Assembly: GCA_027858775.1 (NCBI GenBank) | Contig: JAQICA010000102.1 | Coordinates: forward strand, 11,692-75,691 | Origin: Salinivirgaceae bacterium | GTDB lineage: Bacteria > Bacteroidota > Bacteroidia > Bacteroidales > Salinivirgaceae | Direction of reading: 5' to 3' | DNA: 64,000 bases | Shown: positions 36,538 through 46,548 of the stretch, one piece after another | Numbering within the stretch: position 1 is the stretch's first letter | Layout: the number at the start of each line of letters is the position of its first letter | Position numbers and translations under genes: made by a program | The notes under the pieces: model-generated | What the model was told of the DNA's origin: nothing | What the model saw: the letters and a program-made list of their open reading frames with translations, nothing else | Database searches by the model: none

Positions 36538-38646
36538 ATGGCAACATTAGAGAAAATAAGGAATCGATCAGGCCTTTTAATCATTATTATCGGCTTTGCA
36601 TTGCTGGCATTTATTTTAGGTGACATGTTCAGTGGTGGTGGTTTTTCACAAGACCAATTTAAAATTGCCGAAATTAACGGTGTTTCAATCGATTACAGAA
36701 ATTACGAACAGCGGATAGAAAAGGCCATCGAAAATGTAAAAAGAAATTCAGATCAGAATACACTTGACGAGCAAACTACAAATCAAGTAAGATCGCAGGT
36801 TTGGGAGCAATTAGTGCAAGAGCATGTTTTGGGTGAAGAATTCAGCGAATCAGGAATCAGCGTAAGCACAGAAGAACTAAAAGACATGGTTGTGGGAAAT
36901 AATATTCACCCACAAGTACGCCAAATACCCATTTTCCAAAACGAAGCCGGACAATTCGACCCATCATTGGTTAAGCAATTTTTAGCAAGGCTGGAGCAAG
37001 ACCCTCAGGCACGTAGTACGTGGCTTTCTTTTGAACAAGGCCTAAAGCAGGAGCGTGTTAATTCAAAATACTACACAGCTATACAAAAAGGACTGTTCGT
37101 AACCGACTTACATGCTAAAGAAGAAGCAATAGACAAACAAAAGAAAGTTGACTTCAAATACGTAGCGCTTCCATACACATCTGTTAAAGACGAAGAAGTT
37201 CAGGTAAACGAAAACGATATCAATAAATACTACGAAGAGCATAAAAACCTTTTCAAGCAAGAAAAAGCTGTCGACGTTGAGTACATTACATACAAGGTAG
37301 AACCTACTCAGGAAGACATCAAAAACATTAAAGCAGACCTTAAAGATTTATTACCCGAGTTTAAAACAACTGAGAATATTGCACAGTTTGTAACAGCAAC
37401 GTCGGACAACACATACGATCCAACTTTCTACAAAAAAGGAGAATATGAAAACCCGATGATTGACTCCATAATGTTCAATAATGAAGAAGGACATATTTAC
37501 GGCCCATACAAAGAAAACAGTCAGTATAAAATTACAAAAATAGCTCACGTAGAAACAAGACCCGACACAATCAAAGTGCGCCACATTGCTTTGGTACCCG
37601 GAGAGCAACAAACTGCGGAGCAAGTTGATAGCATTGCCGACAATATTATTAAGCAACTTGAAAACGGAGCCAATTTCGCAAAACTAGCAACCGAATTCTC
37701 CGCCGACCAGGAAACCGCCGTTAACGGAGGTGATTTAGGCTGGAGAAATGTTCAACAACTTGTTTACGGCGAAGCATTGTTAGATGCAGGCAAAGGTGAG
37801 TTTATTAAAATGCCTACACAGCAAGCCATCTTTATTGCTGAAATGACGCAAGCCGGAGAAAGCGTAAAACAAATTCAATTAGCCAGCATAACACGCGATA
37901 TTGAACCTAGCGAAGAAACACGCGAAGATGTGTACCAAAAAGCAAATGTTTTTGCTGCCAATTACCAAACAGCAAAAGCCTTCCAGGAAGGTGTTGAGAA
38001 AGAAGGATTAGTAAAAAAGCAGGCAAACAATTTAAAAGAAACAAGCAGAAATATTGCAGGACTCCAAAATGCTCGCAATATTATTCGCGCAGCCTTTTCA
38101 TCTGACGCAAGCAAATTAATTATGCCACAAAATATGGAAAATCCTGTTTTCGAATTGGAAGACAACTATGTTATTGGTGTAGTTACAAAAAAATACGAAG
38201 AAGGGTATGCTGCCATTGCAGAAGTAAGAGCAACAATTGAGAAAGAAGTTTTAAAAGAGAAAAAAGCTAAAATACTACAAGCAAAAGCCAACGATGCACT
38301 CAAACAAAGCAGCAACCTGGATGACCTGGCTACAAAATTGGCTATCGACGTTAAAACCAGCAATGGAGTAACTTTTGGAGCATTCAGCATTCCGGGACTG
38401 GGCATCGAACCTAAAGTACAGGGAACAGCCATTGCGCTTGAAAAAGATGAAATTTCAGAACCAATTACCGGGAACAATGCTGTTTACGTTATCCAGATCA
38501 GTAACATTATTGAACCAGCTAACTTGAACATTGCCATGCAGAAACAATCAATGGCCAGAACAATGCAATCAAGAGTACAGCGCGAAGTGCTTGAAGCACT
38601 AAAAGATAATGCAGAAATTGAAGACAATAGAATAAATTTCTATTAA
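36538..38646 (+). CDS. ppiD: PpiD-like membrane-anchored peptidyl-prolyl isomerase (SurA N-terminal domain)
   Basis: MATLEKIR + TM anchor; parvulin 'VRHIAL...FAKLATEFSAD...NGGDLGW'. Confidence 0.88.
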   Translation: MATLEKIRNRSGLLIIIIGFALLAFILGDMFSGGGFSQDQFKIAEINGVSIDYRNYEQRIEKAIENVKRNSDQNTLDEQTTNQVRSQVWEQLVQEHVLGEEFSESGISVSTEELKDMVVGNNIHPQVRQIPIFQNEAGQFDPSLVKQFLARLEQDPQARSTWLSFEQGLKQERVNSKYYTAIQKGLFVTDLHAKEEAIDKQKKVDFKYVALPYTSVKDEEVQVNENDINKYYEEHKNLFKQEKAVDVEYITYKVEPTQEDIKNIKADLKDLLPEFKTTENIAQFVTATSDNTYDPTFYKKGEYENPMIDSIMFNNEEGHIYGPYKENSQYKITKIAHVETRPDTIKVRHIALVPGEQQTAEQVDSIADNIIKQLENGANFAKLATEFSADQETAVNGGDLGWRNVQQLVYGEALLDAGKGEFIKMPTQQAIFIAEMTQAGESVKQIQLASITRDIEPSEETREDVYQKANVFAANYQTAKAFQEGVEKEGLVKKQANNLKETSRNIAGLQNARNIIRAAFSSDASKLIMPQNMENPVFELEDNYVIGVVTKKYEEGYAAIAEVRATIEKEVLKEKKAKILQAKANDALKQSSNLDDLATKLAIDVKTSNGVTFGAFSIPGLGIEPKVQGTAIALEKDEISEPITGNNAVYVIQISNIIEPANLNIAMQKQSMARTMQSRVQREVLEALKDNAEIEDNRINFY

Positions 38647-38661
38647 TAATAGACAACTTAC

Positions 38662-38702
38662 AAAAGGAGGTTGACGTGATTCACTCACTCAACCTCTTTT
38701 TT
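38662..38702 (+). terminator. Intrinsic terminator after ppiD
   Basis: GAGGTTGA...TCAACCTC followed by a T run. Confidence 0.8.
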
Positions 38703-38885
38703 ATATCGTGTAAATAAGGATCCACCATCAAACCAAAGCTGATCAACTTATAGCAGCCACCAACACGACACGGAAAATATTGAAAGCAGGACTAAAACAT
38801 ATTCTTTAATCGTAACAGCAAAAGCAACCATTCTCAAAGAGTAATTTTCTGCAAAAACCAGCATATCATATCTATCAAATTTCCA

Positions 38886-40004
38886 TTGACAGTGAAAAGC
38901 GAAGAAACAAAATACTTACTAGCACTACAGTTAATTGAAGGGGTAGGGCCGGCAACACTCAGAAAACTAGTAGACGTTGCGGGATCAGCAAAAGCTGTCT
39001 TCAGTCTAACACAAAAAGACCTCTCCACAAAAAACCGCATCAATACAAAATTACTCGACTCATTATCGAACCCAAAATACCTTGCACGTGCCGAAGAAGA
39101 ACTGGAATTTTGTGAAAAACACAGCATTCAAGTATTATCGTTATACGACAACAATTACCCACAGCGACTAAAGCAATGCAAAGATGCCCCGGTAATTCTC
39201 TTTTATCAGGGCAATGTAGACCTAAACTATCGTAAAGTTGTTGGAATTGTAGGAACCAGAAATGCTACGGTTTATGGCACAAACCTGGTAGAAAAGCTAA
39301 TGGAAGAACTGGCGGAACACAAACATAAAGTGTTAATTATTAGTGGACTAGCTTACGGAATAGATATCATTGCTCACAAAGCCGCTTTAAAACACAACAT
39401 TCCAACTGTAGGTGTTATGGGCAACGGATCCAATTTAATTTATCCTTCGCAGCACCGCCAATATGCAGCTCAAATGATAAAAAACGGAGGCATATTAACC
39501 GAATTCCCCAAGGGCACCAAACCCGAAAGAGGCAATTTTGTAACCCGCAATCGAGTAATAGCTGGACTTTCCGATGCACTAATCGTTGTAGAATCCGGAG
39601 AAAAAGGCGGTTCACTCATTACTGCCGATATGGCTTTTTCGTACAACCGCGACGTTTTCGCATTTCCCGGCAAAGTTGGCGACCCATACTCATCGGGGTG
39701 TAACAAGCTCATTAAAATGCAAAAAGCAGCGCTGATAGAAGGAATAACTGATTTGGAATACGTAATGGACTGGGCACCAGAAACAAACGTAGAACAAGTA
39801 ACTCAAACATCATTGTTCCAGGGGTTAAACACACAAGAAAGATCAATAATGGAACTTATTTTGCAGGACGGAAATGTGACTATCGACTATTTGTCGATAA
39901 AATTAGGATTACCCGTCGGCCACCTTTCGGGACTACTCCTGAATTTAGAATTTAAAAACATGGTTAAATCAATACCGGGAAACTTGTACACAAAAGCTAT
40001 CTAA
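38886..40004 (+). CDS. dprA: DNA-processing protein DprA
   Basis: YPQRL, VGIVGTR, ISGLAYGID, FVTRNRVIAGLS, VVESGEKGGSLITA motifs and C-terminal winged helix; TTG start. Confidence 0.95.
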   Translation: MTVKSEETKYLLALQLIEGVGPATLRKLVDVAGSAKAVFSLTQKDLSTKNRINTKLLDSLSNPKYLARAEEELEFCEKHSIQVLSLYDNNYPQRLKQCKDAPVILFYQGNVDLNYRKVVGIVGTRNATVYGTNLVEKLMEELAEHKHKVLIISGLAYGIDIIAHKAALKHNIPTVGVMGNGSNLIYPSQHRQYAAQMIKNGGILTEFPKGTKPERGNFVTRNRVIAGLSDALIVVESGEKGGSLITADMAFSYNRDVFAFPGKVGDPYSSGCNKLIKMQKAALIEGITDLEYVMDWAPETNVEQVTQTSLFQGLNTQERSIMELILQDGNVTIDYLSIKLGLPVGHLSGLLLNLEFKNMVKSIPGNLYTKAI

Positions 40005-40006
40005 GC

Positions 40007-40774
40007 ATGGGCTACATAGACACACACGCACACCTGTACGCATCCGAATTCAATGAAGACATTGTCGAAGTGATAAACCGAGCACTCGAGAACAACGTAG
40101 AAAAAATTTTACTTCCCAATATTGATCTAGAAAGTATTTTACCACTAAAAAGTTTAGTCGAACTACAACCCAACCTATTTTTCCCAATGATGGGGTTACA
40201 TCCCACCTCGGTTAACGAAAACTATGAGCACGATTTAACCATCATAAAAGAAGAGCTCGATACCGGTAAATACATTGCTGTAGGAGAAATAGGAATTGAT
40301 CTATACTGGGATAAAACCTTCGCCGTACAACAAGAACAAGCATTTATTCAACAAATCGAGATGGCATTAAAACTCAATCTACCTATCGTTGTACATGCCA
40401 GAGAATCGTTTACTGAAATTCTCGAAATTTTGAAAAAATATAAAAGCACCACGCTGAAAGGTGTTCTTCATAGCTTTACAGGAACCAAAAAACAGGCAAA
40501 CGAAGCCATCGCATTGGGCTTTTACATTGGAGTAGGCGGGATATCAACATTTAAAAATGCGGGAATTGGAGAAATAGTTAAAGACCTTCCTCTGGAAAAA
40601 CTAATTTTGGAAACCGACAGCCCCTATCTGGCACCAACACCACACAGAGGAAAACGAAACGAAAGCAGTTTTTTGGTACACATAGCACAAAAGCTGGCAA
40701 CGCTAAAAGGTACAACACCGGAAACAATACAATCTGTAACCACGCATAACGCAAATGAACTTTTCCAATTATGA
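40007..40774 (+). CDS. tatD: TatD family hydrolase
   Basis: IDTHAH, GLHP, VGEIGID, VHAR, HSF and ETDSPYL motifs. Confidence 0.95.
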   Translation: MGYIDTHAHLYASEFNEDIVEVINRALENNVEKILLPNIDLESILPLKSLVELQPNLFFPMMGLHPTSVNENYEHDLTIIKEELDTGKYIAVGEIGIDLYWDKTFAVQQEQAFIQQIEMALKLNLPIVVHARESFTEILEILKKYKSTTLKGVLHSFTGTKKQANEAIALGFYIGVGGISTFKNAGIGEIVKDLPLEKLILETDSPYLAPTPHRGKRNESSFLVHIAQKLATLKGTTPETIQSVTTHNANELFQL

Positions 40775-41820
40775 ATACACTGCCAAAAATATTACTCCTA
40801 TACACCGGAGGAACCATAGGAATGATTAACAATCCTGAAACAGGAGCACTCATGCCATTTAACTTTGAGCACATGGCAAGTCAGGTTCCGGAATTAAACA
40901 AATTGGGAGTAGAATTAGATGCAATTACATTCGACCCAATTATTGACAGTTCAGATATGCGACCCTCCTACTGGATTCAGATGGCGCAAATAATTTACGA
41001 CAATTATTCAAAGTACGATGGGTTTGTTGTGCTACAAGGCACAGATACCATGGCTTATACAGCTTCTGCGCTTAGTTTTATTTTACAAGATTTATCGAAG
41101 CCCATTGTTTTAACCGGGTCGCAACTACCCATTGGAACCATTCGCACTGACGGGAAAGAAAATCTTATATCATCAATTGAGATAGCTGCCGACAAAAAAG
41201 ACGGCAAAGCCATTGTACCTGAAGTTTGTGTTTTCTTCGAAAACCAACTATTTAGGGGAAACAGGACAACCAAACACAACGCAGAATACTTTTATGCCTT
41301 CAGATCGGATAATTATCCGGCATTAGCCGAAGCAGGAATCGAAATTCATTACAATACAAGCGCCCTCTTACCCGTTAGCAACAGTAAACAACCATTATTC
41401 TATAAAGAAATGGATCAATCGTTGGCTATGCTGCGGTTATTTCCGGGAATTACAGAAAATGTGGTCAATCAAATTTGCAACATCGATGGATTAAAAGGAC
41501 TGATACTGCAAAGTTACGGAGCAGGAAATGTAATGACCGACAAATGGTTTACCGAAGTTATGCAAAAAACGGTGTCAAAAGGAGTATACGTACTAAATGT
41601 AACCCAATGCCGCGCAGGCGGAGTTAAAATGGGCAAGTACGAAAGCAGTAAAGGCCTGATTGATGCGGGAGTATGGAGTGGATACGACATGAGTTTGGAA
41701 GCAGCACTTACAAAAATGATGTATGTATTAGGAGAAAAAATGAATAGAACCGAGGCAGAAGCATGTTTTAAAAAATCTTTAAGCGGTGAAATTAATACGA
41801 ATTTAATCCTTACTGATTAA
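40771..41820 (+). CDS. ansA: Type I L-asparaginase
   Basis: YTGGTIGM, DSSDM, GTDTMAY, TGSQLP and RGNRTTK motifs; ATGA overlap with tatD. Confidence 0.94.
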   Translation: MNTLPKILLLYTGGTIGMINNPETGALMPFNFEHMASQVPELNKLGVELDAITFDPIIDSSDMRPSYWIQMAQIIYDNYSKYDGFVVLQGTDTMAYTASALSFILQDLSKPIVLTGSQLPIGTIRTDGKENLISSIEIAADKKDGKAIVPEVCVFFENQLFRGNRTTKHNAEYFYAFRSDNYPALAEAGIEIHYNTSALLPVSNSKQPLFYKEMDQSLAMLRLFPGITENVVNQICNIDGLKGLILQSYGAGNVMTDKWFTEVMQKTVSKGVYVLNVTQCRAGGVKMGKYESSKGLIDAGVWSGYDMSLEAALTKMMYVLGEKMNRTEAEACFKKSLSGEINTNLILTD

Positions 41821-41870
41821 TATTTTTTTGTAATTTGCCGCGTATTTTGAAGAGGTTGACAACAATACCT

Positions 41871-41957
41871 GGAGGGATGGCCGAGTGGCTTAAGGCGCAC
41901 GCTTGGAAAGCGTGTTTACCCGAGAGGGTAACGTGGGTTCGAATCCCACTTCCTCCG
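41871..41957 (+). tRNA. tRNA-Ser (anticodon GGA)
   Basis: Acceptor GGAGGGA/TTCCTCC; D arm GCC..GGC; anticodon arm CACGC-TTGGAAA-GCGTG; long variable arm TTACCC-GAGA-GGGTAA; T arm GTGGG-TTCGAAT-CCCAC; CCA not encoded. Confidence 0.97.
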
Positions 41958-42033
41958 CTTTTGGAATTAAAGAAAAACTAATTAATTTTGACAACAGGAT
42001 TGAACAATTAAAACTAAAATTAAATTTTAAACC

Positions 42034-42861
42034 ATGAGAAAGTTACTTGCATTATTCGCATTTTTAGGGATGCTCACATTTGGGGCATCAAACATGGTCC
42101 TAGCACAGGAAGAAAACGAAACTGAGGCAACACAAACAGAACAAGTTGCCGATTCTGCAGTAGCAGAAGAAGCCGTTGCTGAGCAGGAAGTAGAAACAGC
42201 CATTGCTGAAGAGGAAGAAGAAAAAGTCCAAAGCCCTCACCAGGTATTGAAGCAAAAATTTATTGAAGGTGGAGCCGGTTTTATGGGTGTTGTTCTTTTA
42301 TCCTTGATCTTCGGTCTAGCGTTATCCATTGAGCGTATCATTTACCTCAATTTAGCTTCATCGAATACAGACAAGCTATTGAAAGACGTAGAAGAAGCGT
42401 TGGCTAACGAAGGAGTAGAGGCAGCCAAAGAAGTTTGCCGTAACACACGCGGCCCGGTAGCATCCATTTTCTACCAAGGCTTGCTTCGTATGGACGAAGG
42501 TATCGATGTAGTAGAAAAATCAGTAATTTCGTACGGAAGTGTACAAATGGGTCTTTTAGAAAAAGGACTAACCTGGATTTCGCTATTTATAGCACTTGCA
42601 CCGATGCTTGGTTTCATGGGTACGGTAATTGGTATGATTGGAGCATTCGACTCAATTGAGGCAGCCGGAGACATTTCTCCTGCACTTGTGGCCGGAGGTA
42701 TTAAAGTTGCACTTATTACCACTGTATCAGGTCTTATCGTAGCGATGATTCTTCAAGTATTCTTCAACTACATCGTTTCAAAAATCGATGGAATCGTGAA
42801 CAATATGGAAGATGCATCGATCTCGTTAGTAGACATTATTACAAAGCACATGAAAAAATAA
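42034..42861 (+). CDS. exbB: MotA/TolQ/ExbB proton channel protein
   Basis: LSIERII, APMLGFMGTVIGMI and GIKVALITT motifs; signal peptide plus acidic linker. Confidence 0.93.
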   Translation: MRKLLALFAFLGMLTFGASNMVLAQEENETEATQTEQVADSAVAEEAVAEQEVETAIAEEEEEKVQSPHQVLKQKFIEGGAGFMGVVLLSLIFGLALSIERIIYLNLASSNTDKLLKDVEEALANEGVEAAKEVCRNTRGPVASIFYQGLLRMDEGIDVVEKSVISYGSVQMGLLEKGLTWISLFIALAPMLGFMGTVIGMIGAFDSIEAAGDISPALVAGGIKVALITTVSGLIVAMILQVFFNYIVSKIDGIVNNMEDASISLVDIITKHMKK

Positions 42862-42872
42862 TTTGATAGAAT

Positions 42873-43367
42873 ATGAATGATCGAATATCAAAATTCACAA
42901 GCATTTTATCATACGTCCTATTTGCACTTTCAATAATCGTTAGTTTGCTGTTCTACAACTCAGTAGTTACAAGCGAGCCCGTTCCGGAACATATTATTGT
43001 TCCACTTGAGAAAACCATGTTTACCATGGAGCAAGTAGGATCGTCACTAGATACCTTTGCATACGTAGTTTACCTATTATTAGGTTTGGCTGCTATATCA
43101 ACAATAGTATTTAGTTTTCTGAACGTATTTAAAAGTGCAAAAACAGCCAAAAGAAGTTTGGTTTCAATTGGGTTTATGGCTGCAGTAATTTTCGTAGCCT
43201 ACATACTATCATCATCGGAAATCCCACAATTCTTTGGGGCAGAAAAGTTTAACATAACTGCGGGTACTTCACAAGCAGTTGGTACCGGACTGTACTCAAT
43301 GTATCTGTTTTTTGTGCTTGCCGTAGTCGGTATTTTATATACCGAAATACGAGGCGCTTTTAAATAA
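42873..43367 (+). CDS. Conserved multi-pass membrane protein within the exbB-exbD operon
   Basis: 164 aa, about 4 TM segments, positioned between exbB and exbD. Confidence 0.8.
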   Translation: MNDRISKFTSILSYVLFALSIIVSLLFYNSVVTSEPVPEHIIVPLEKTMFTMEQVGSSLDTFAYVVYLLLGLAAISTIVFSFLNVFKSAKTAKRSLVSIGFMAAVIFVAYILSSSEIPQFFGAEKFNITAGTSQAVGTGLYSMYLFFVLAVVGILYTEIRGAFK

Positions 43368-43403
43368 TATAAACCTGCTGAAAAGGTTTAAAAAAAAGTA
43401 TTT

Positions 43404-44054
43404 ATGGCTCGTCAAAGTAATCAAGAAATTAATGCAGGATCAATGGCAGACATTGCCTTCCTTCTCTTGATTTTCTTCCTTGTAACTACCACAATGGATA
43501 CCGACGCAGGTCTGTCTCGACAGCTTCCGCCGATGCCCGATGAGGAACAACAAAAGGATGATAACAAGATTAAGGAGCGTAACCTGTTGATTGTATTGAT
43601 CAATAAGCAAGACCGGCTACTTGTTAACGGTGAAGAATTACGTGTGAAGCAACTGCGCGAAAGAGCAATTGAATTCATCGAAAACACCGCTAATCAAGAA
43701 GATTTGCCGGAGAAAAAGTACGAGATTATTAAAATTAAGAACCCCAAATACTATCCGGGAAGCGATTTACCCAAAAAAGTACCACACAACTTGTTTGAGC
43801 AACGTTTTCCAGAGGGGTATGCGGTTTCAAAAGGAGTAATCTCATTACAAAACGACCGGGGAACCTCGTACAAAATGTACATTGAAGTCCAAAATGAGCT
43901 CGTAGCCGCATATAGTGAAGTACGCGACCGTCTCTCTAAGCGAATGTTTCAGAAACCATATGAAGCACTCAATGAGGAAGATGATGTAAATGCCATTAGA
44001 GCGGCAATCCCTCAACGGATTTCAGAGGCTGAACCGAAAAATATAGGAAATTAA
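43404..44054 (+). CDS. exbD: ExbD/TolR biopolymer transporter (long form)
   Basis: INAGSMADIAFLLLIFFLVTT (conserved TM Asp). Confidence 0.93.
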   Translation: MARQSNQEINAGSMADIAFLLLIFFLVTTTMDTDAGLSRQLPPMPDEEQQKDDNKIKERNLLIVLINKQDRLLVNGEELRVKQLRERAIEFIENTANQEDLPEKKYEIIKIKNPKYYPGSDLPKKVPHNLFEQRFPEGYAVSKGVISLQNDRGTSYKMYIEVQNELVAAYSEVRDRLSKRMFQKPYEALNEEDDVNAIRAAIPQRISEAEPKNIGN

Positions 44055-44056
44055 TT

Positions 44057-44530
44057 ATGGCTTCAAAATTTGAAAGAAAAGGAAAGTCAGGCGGAACACC
44101 GGCAATCAATACCGCTTCATTGCCCGATATCGTGTTCATGTTGCTGTTCTTCTTTATGGTATCAACTACCATGCGAGAAACAGAACTGAAAATACACGTT
44201 ACAGTGCCCGAAGCTACAGAACTTACAAAACTTGAGAAAAAATCATTGGTTAGCTACATTTATGTTGGAGAACCAAAGGCAAGCTATCAAAAGTTTTACG
44301 GTTCAGAGCCACGTATCCAGCTTAACGACGCCTTTAAACAAGTGAACGATATTCCTGATTATATTGCTGCAGAACGCGAAGCGCGTGATGAAAACGAACG
44401 CCCATTTATGACTACGTCAATGAAAATTGATGAACACGTAAAAATGGGAATCGTTACCGATATTAAACAGGAACTACGGAAAGCCAATGCGTTGAAGATT
44501 AACTATTCAACACGAAAAAAATTACAGTAA
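44057..44530 (+). CDS. exbD: Second ExbD/TolR biopolymer transporter
   Basis: INTASLPDIVFMLLFFFMVSTT; KMGIVTDIKQELRKA. Confidence 0.93.
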   Translation: MASKFERKGKSGGTPAINTASLPDIVFMLLFFFMVSTTMRETELKIHVTVPEATELTKLEKKSLVSYIYVGEPKASYQKFYGSEPRIQLNDAFKQVNDIPDYIAAEREARDENERPFMTTSMKIDEHVKMGIVTDIKQELRKANALKINYSTRKKLQ

Positions 44531-44550
44531 TTCCTTACACAACGTATAAG

Positions 44551-44580
44551 AAAAGGAGACGTACCCACGTCTCCTTTTTT
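44551..44580 (+). terminator. Intrinsic terminator of the exbBD operon
   Basis: AAAAGGAGACGT-ACCC-ACGTCTCCTTTTTT. Confidence 0.9.
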
Positions 44581-44805
44581 CATTTGTACTACTACCAACT
44601 ACCTACACATTTTATTTCCTATAATGTATAAAACAGTTCATCTAGCTAAAATTCCAACTCGTAAATTTTTATTTTGGCAGAATTGAGTTTTTTAATTATA
44701 TTTAAAGGAACGATATTTTCATCGCAAAGTCCACTTACACCAACAAGTTACTGTATTAGATGGGCTTAGCAAATAATACCTCGGTTAAAAATAAAAACTG
44801 ACCCT

Positions 44806-45633
44806 ATGAAGCATATACTTGTACCGGTTGATTTTAGCGAAGGCTCCGTAAATGCACTCGAAATGGCCATTGCTTTTGCAAACCATATGAATTTCAATGT
44901 AAGAATGATTCACGTGATAAAAGACTCCGTCTTCTATCAAAAAAATCTAAACCTTTCAAATCTGGTCGAAATCAAGAACGAAAAAGTTATTCATAATCTT
45001 AAAACGTTGGTATCCCAGTACGCAACAGAAGTAAAAAACACAATTGATTATCGAATACGCAGCGGAAAAGTTTATAACGAAATAGCCAATCAGGCTAAAT
45101 ACGGTGAAGCCGAACTAATTACGATCGGAGCACATGGCACAAGCGGATTTGAAGAACTGTGGCTTGGAAATAATGCCTACAAAGTAGTAAACAATTCTCC
45201 TTGTCCGGTAATGAGTGTGCGGAACTCATACAAACGGCACCAAATCCAGCGAATTGTCTTACCCATCGACGACACGCCGGAAACGCGCCAAAAAATTCCT
45301 TACACAGCATACGTAGCAAAACAGTTTGGAGCCCAGCTACACCTGTTACAGGTGAGTGAAACAAAAAAAGAAAGTGTACTGGAACGTATAAACGAATATT
45401 GCAATCAGGCTGCCTCATTTCTGGCAAACAACAATCTAGACTTTGTAGTTGAAAAAATCATCGGGAATAACCTTACGGACATCACGATCGATTATTCAAT
45501 GCGAACCGATGCCGATCTCATTTCGATAATGACAGAGCAATCTGAAAGCACAAAAAATATCTGGCTTGGCCCCTATGCCCAACAAATGGTGAACCACTCT
45601 CCCATTCCCGTTCTTAGCATTCAACCCTACTAA
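44806..45633 (+). CDS. Universal stress protein (tandem USP domains)
   Basis: KHILVPVDFS, ITIGAHG..GFEELWLGNNA.KVV..SPCPV; second domain ends NHSPIPVLSI. Confidence 0.93.
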   Translation: MKHILVPVDFSEGSVNALEMAIAFANHMNFNVRMIHVIKDSVFYQKNLNLSNLVEIKNEKVIHNLKTLVSQYATEVKNTIDYRIRSGKVYNEIANQAKYGEAELITIGAHGTSGFEELWLGNNAYKVVNNSPCPVMSVRNSYKRHQIQRIVLPIDDTPETRQKIPYTAYVAKQFGAQLHLLQVSETKKESVLERINEYCNQAASFLANNNLDFVVEKIIGNNLTDITIDYSMRTDADLISIMTEQSESTKNIWLGPYAQQMVNHSPIPVLSIQPY

Positions 45634-45636
45634 ATA

Positions 45637-45777
45637 GATCCTGTCTATAAAGTCGGAGTATCCAGAGAATAAGCTCCATTTTCAAGGCTTTCGAAACTCA
45701 AAACCGCTGAGTTTACCGGTGTAAATGATACAGGTTTGAGTAAGAGTAACGCAGATAATGTAGTTTATTGATGGATA
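45637..45777. mobile_element. MITE/ERIC-like non-autonomous element, copy 2 (141 bp)
   Basis: Aligns to 8318-8510 except for a 52-bp internal gap; flanked by CTAAATA (45630-45636) and CTATATA (45778-45784). Confidence 0.75.
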
Positions 45778-46027
45778 CTATATAAAGACTGAAACGATTA
45801 GAATCCTTTTTAATTATATGGCCACACACAAATCCTGCCCGTCACAATAACCAAACATGCATCATCCTGGACATGTTCGAGGTAATGCACATTATAAACT
45901 ATGTACAGAATGGGATTTATTAAGTGGAAAATAATTGCAAACTTGACGAACTAGTATTAATTGACTATCTTGCGCGAGCATTTACAAATGGATATTTTAA
46001 CAAACGAATTATTCATAAATACTTATA

Positions 46028-46483
46028 ATGAACAGGTTAGCACTTATTCTTTTTATCATCATATCGAATGTGGCCGTGGCACAAACCGACACGGTTTCCA
46101 TTTACACCCTATTTCGTGATACCACAGGCGGAAGGGGCGAAGTACGCATACAGCAAGATCCAACGCTTCGGTTACTCATTGACCGCGATATTCAGATAAG
46201 TGAGAGGCAACGAGGCATAAAAGACGGTTACCGTATTCAAATATTCAGTAAATACGGGAGCGATTCGCGAGATAAATCGCAGGACGTGCGCATTTTGTTT
46301 CTGACAGAATTTCCTGATTTTGACCCATTACGCGTATATTCATCCTATGAACCACCATTCATAAAAGTGAGAGTAGGTGATTACAGAAATAAATCAGAGG
46401 CACTGGAAGATCATCGGATAATAGTGAAAGAATTTCCGGATAGCTACATTGTCAAAACCCGAATAAATTATCCGCAGTTATAA
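46028..46483 (+). CDS. Secreted SPOR-domain protein
   Basis: Signal peptide; 'GYRIQIF', 'YEPPFIKVRVGDY...EA' and 'FPDSYIV' SPOR pattern. Confidence 0.85.
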   Translation: MNRLALILFIIISNVAVAQTDTVSIYTLFRDTTGGRGEVRIQQDPTLRLLIDRDIQISERQRGIKDGYRIQIFSKYGSDSRDKSQDVRILFLTEFPDFDPLRVYSSYEPPFIKVRVGDYRNKSEALEDHRIIVKEFPDSYIVKTRINYPQL

Positions 46484-46548
46484 TAGCCCTAAACCTCTAT
46501 GCCGATGCTCACTGATTCAAACGAAGGTAAAAACAAAACCCTGAATAC

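Noticed and set aside
41871-41960. tRNA-Ser as an integration site for a genomic island
   Set aside because: No integrase nearby, I found no duplicate of the tRNA 3' end, and the downstream exbBD operon is core
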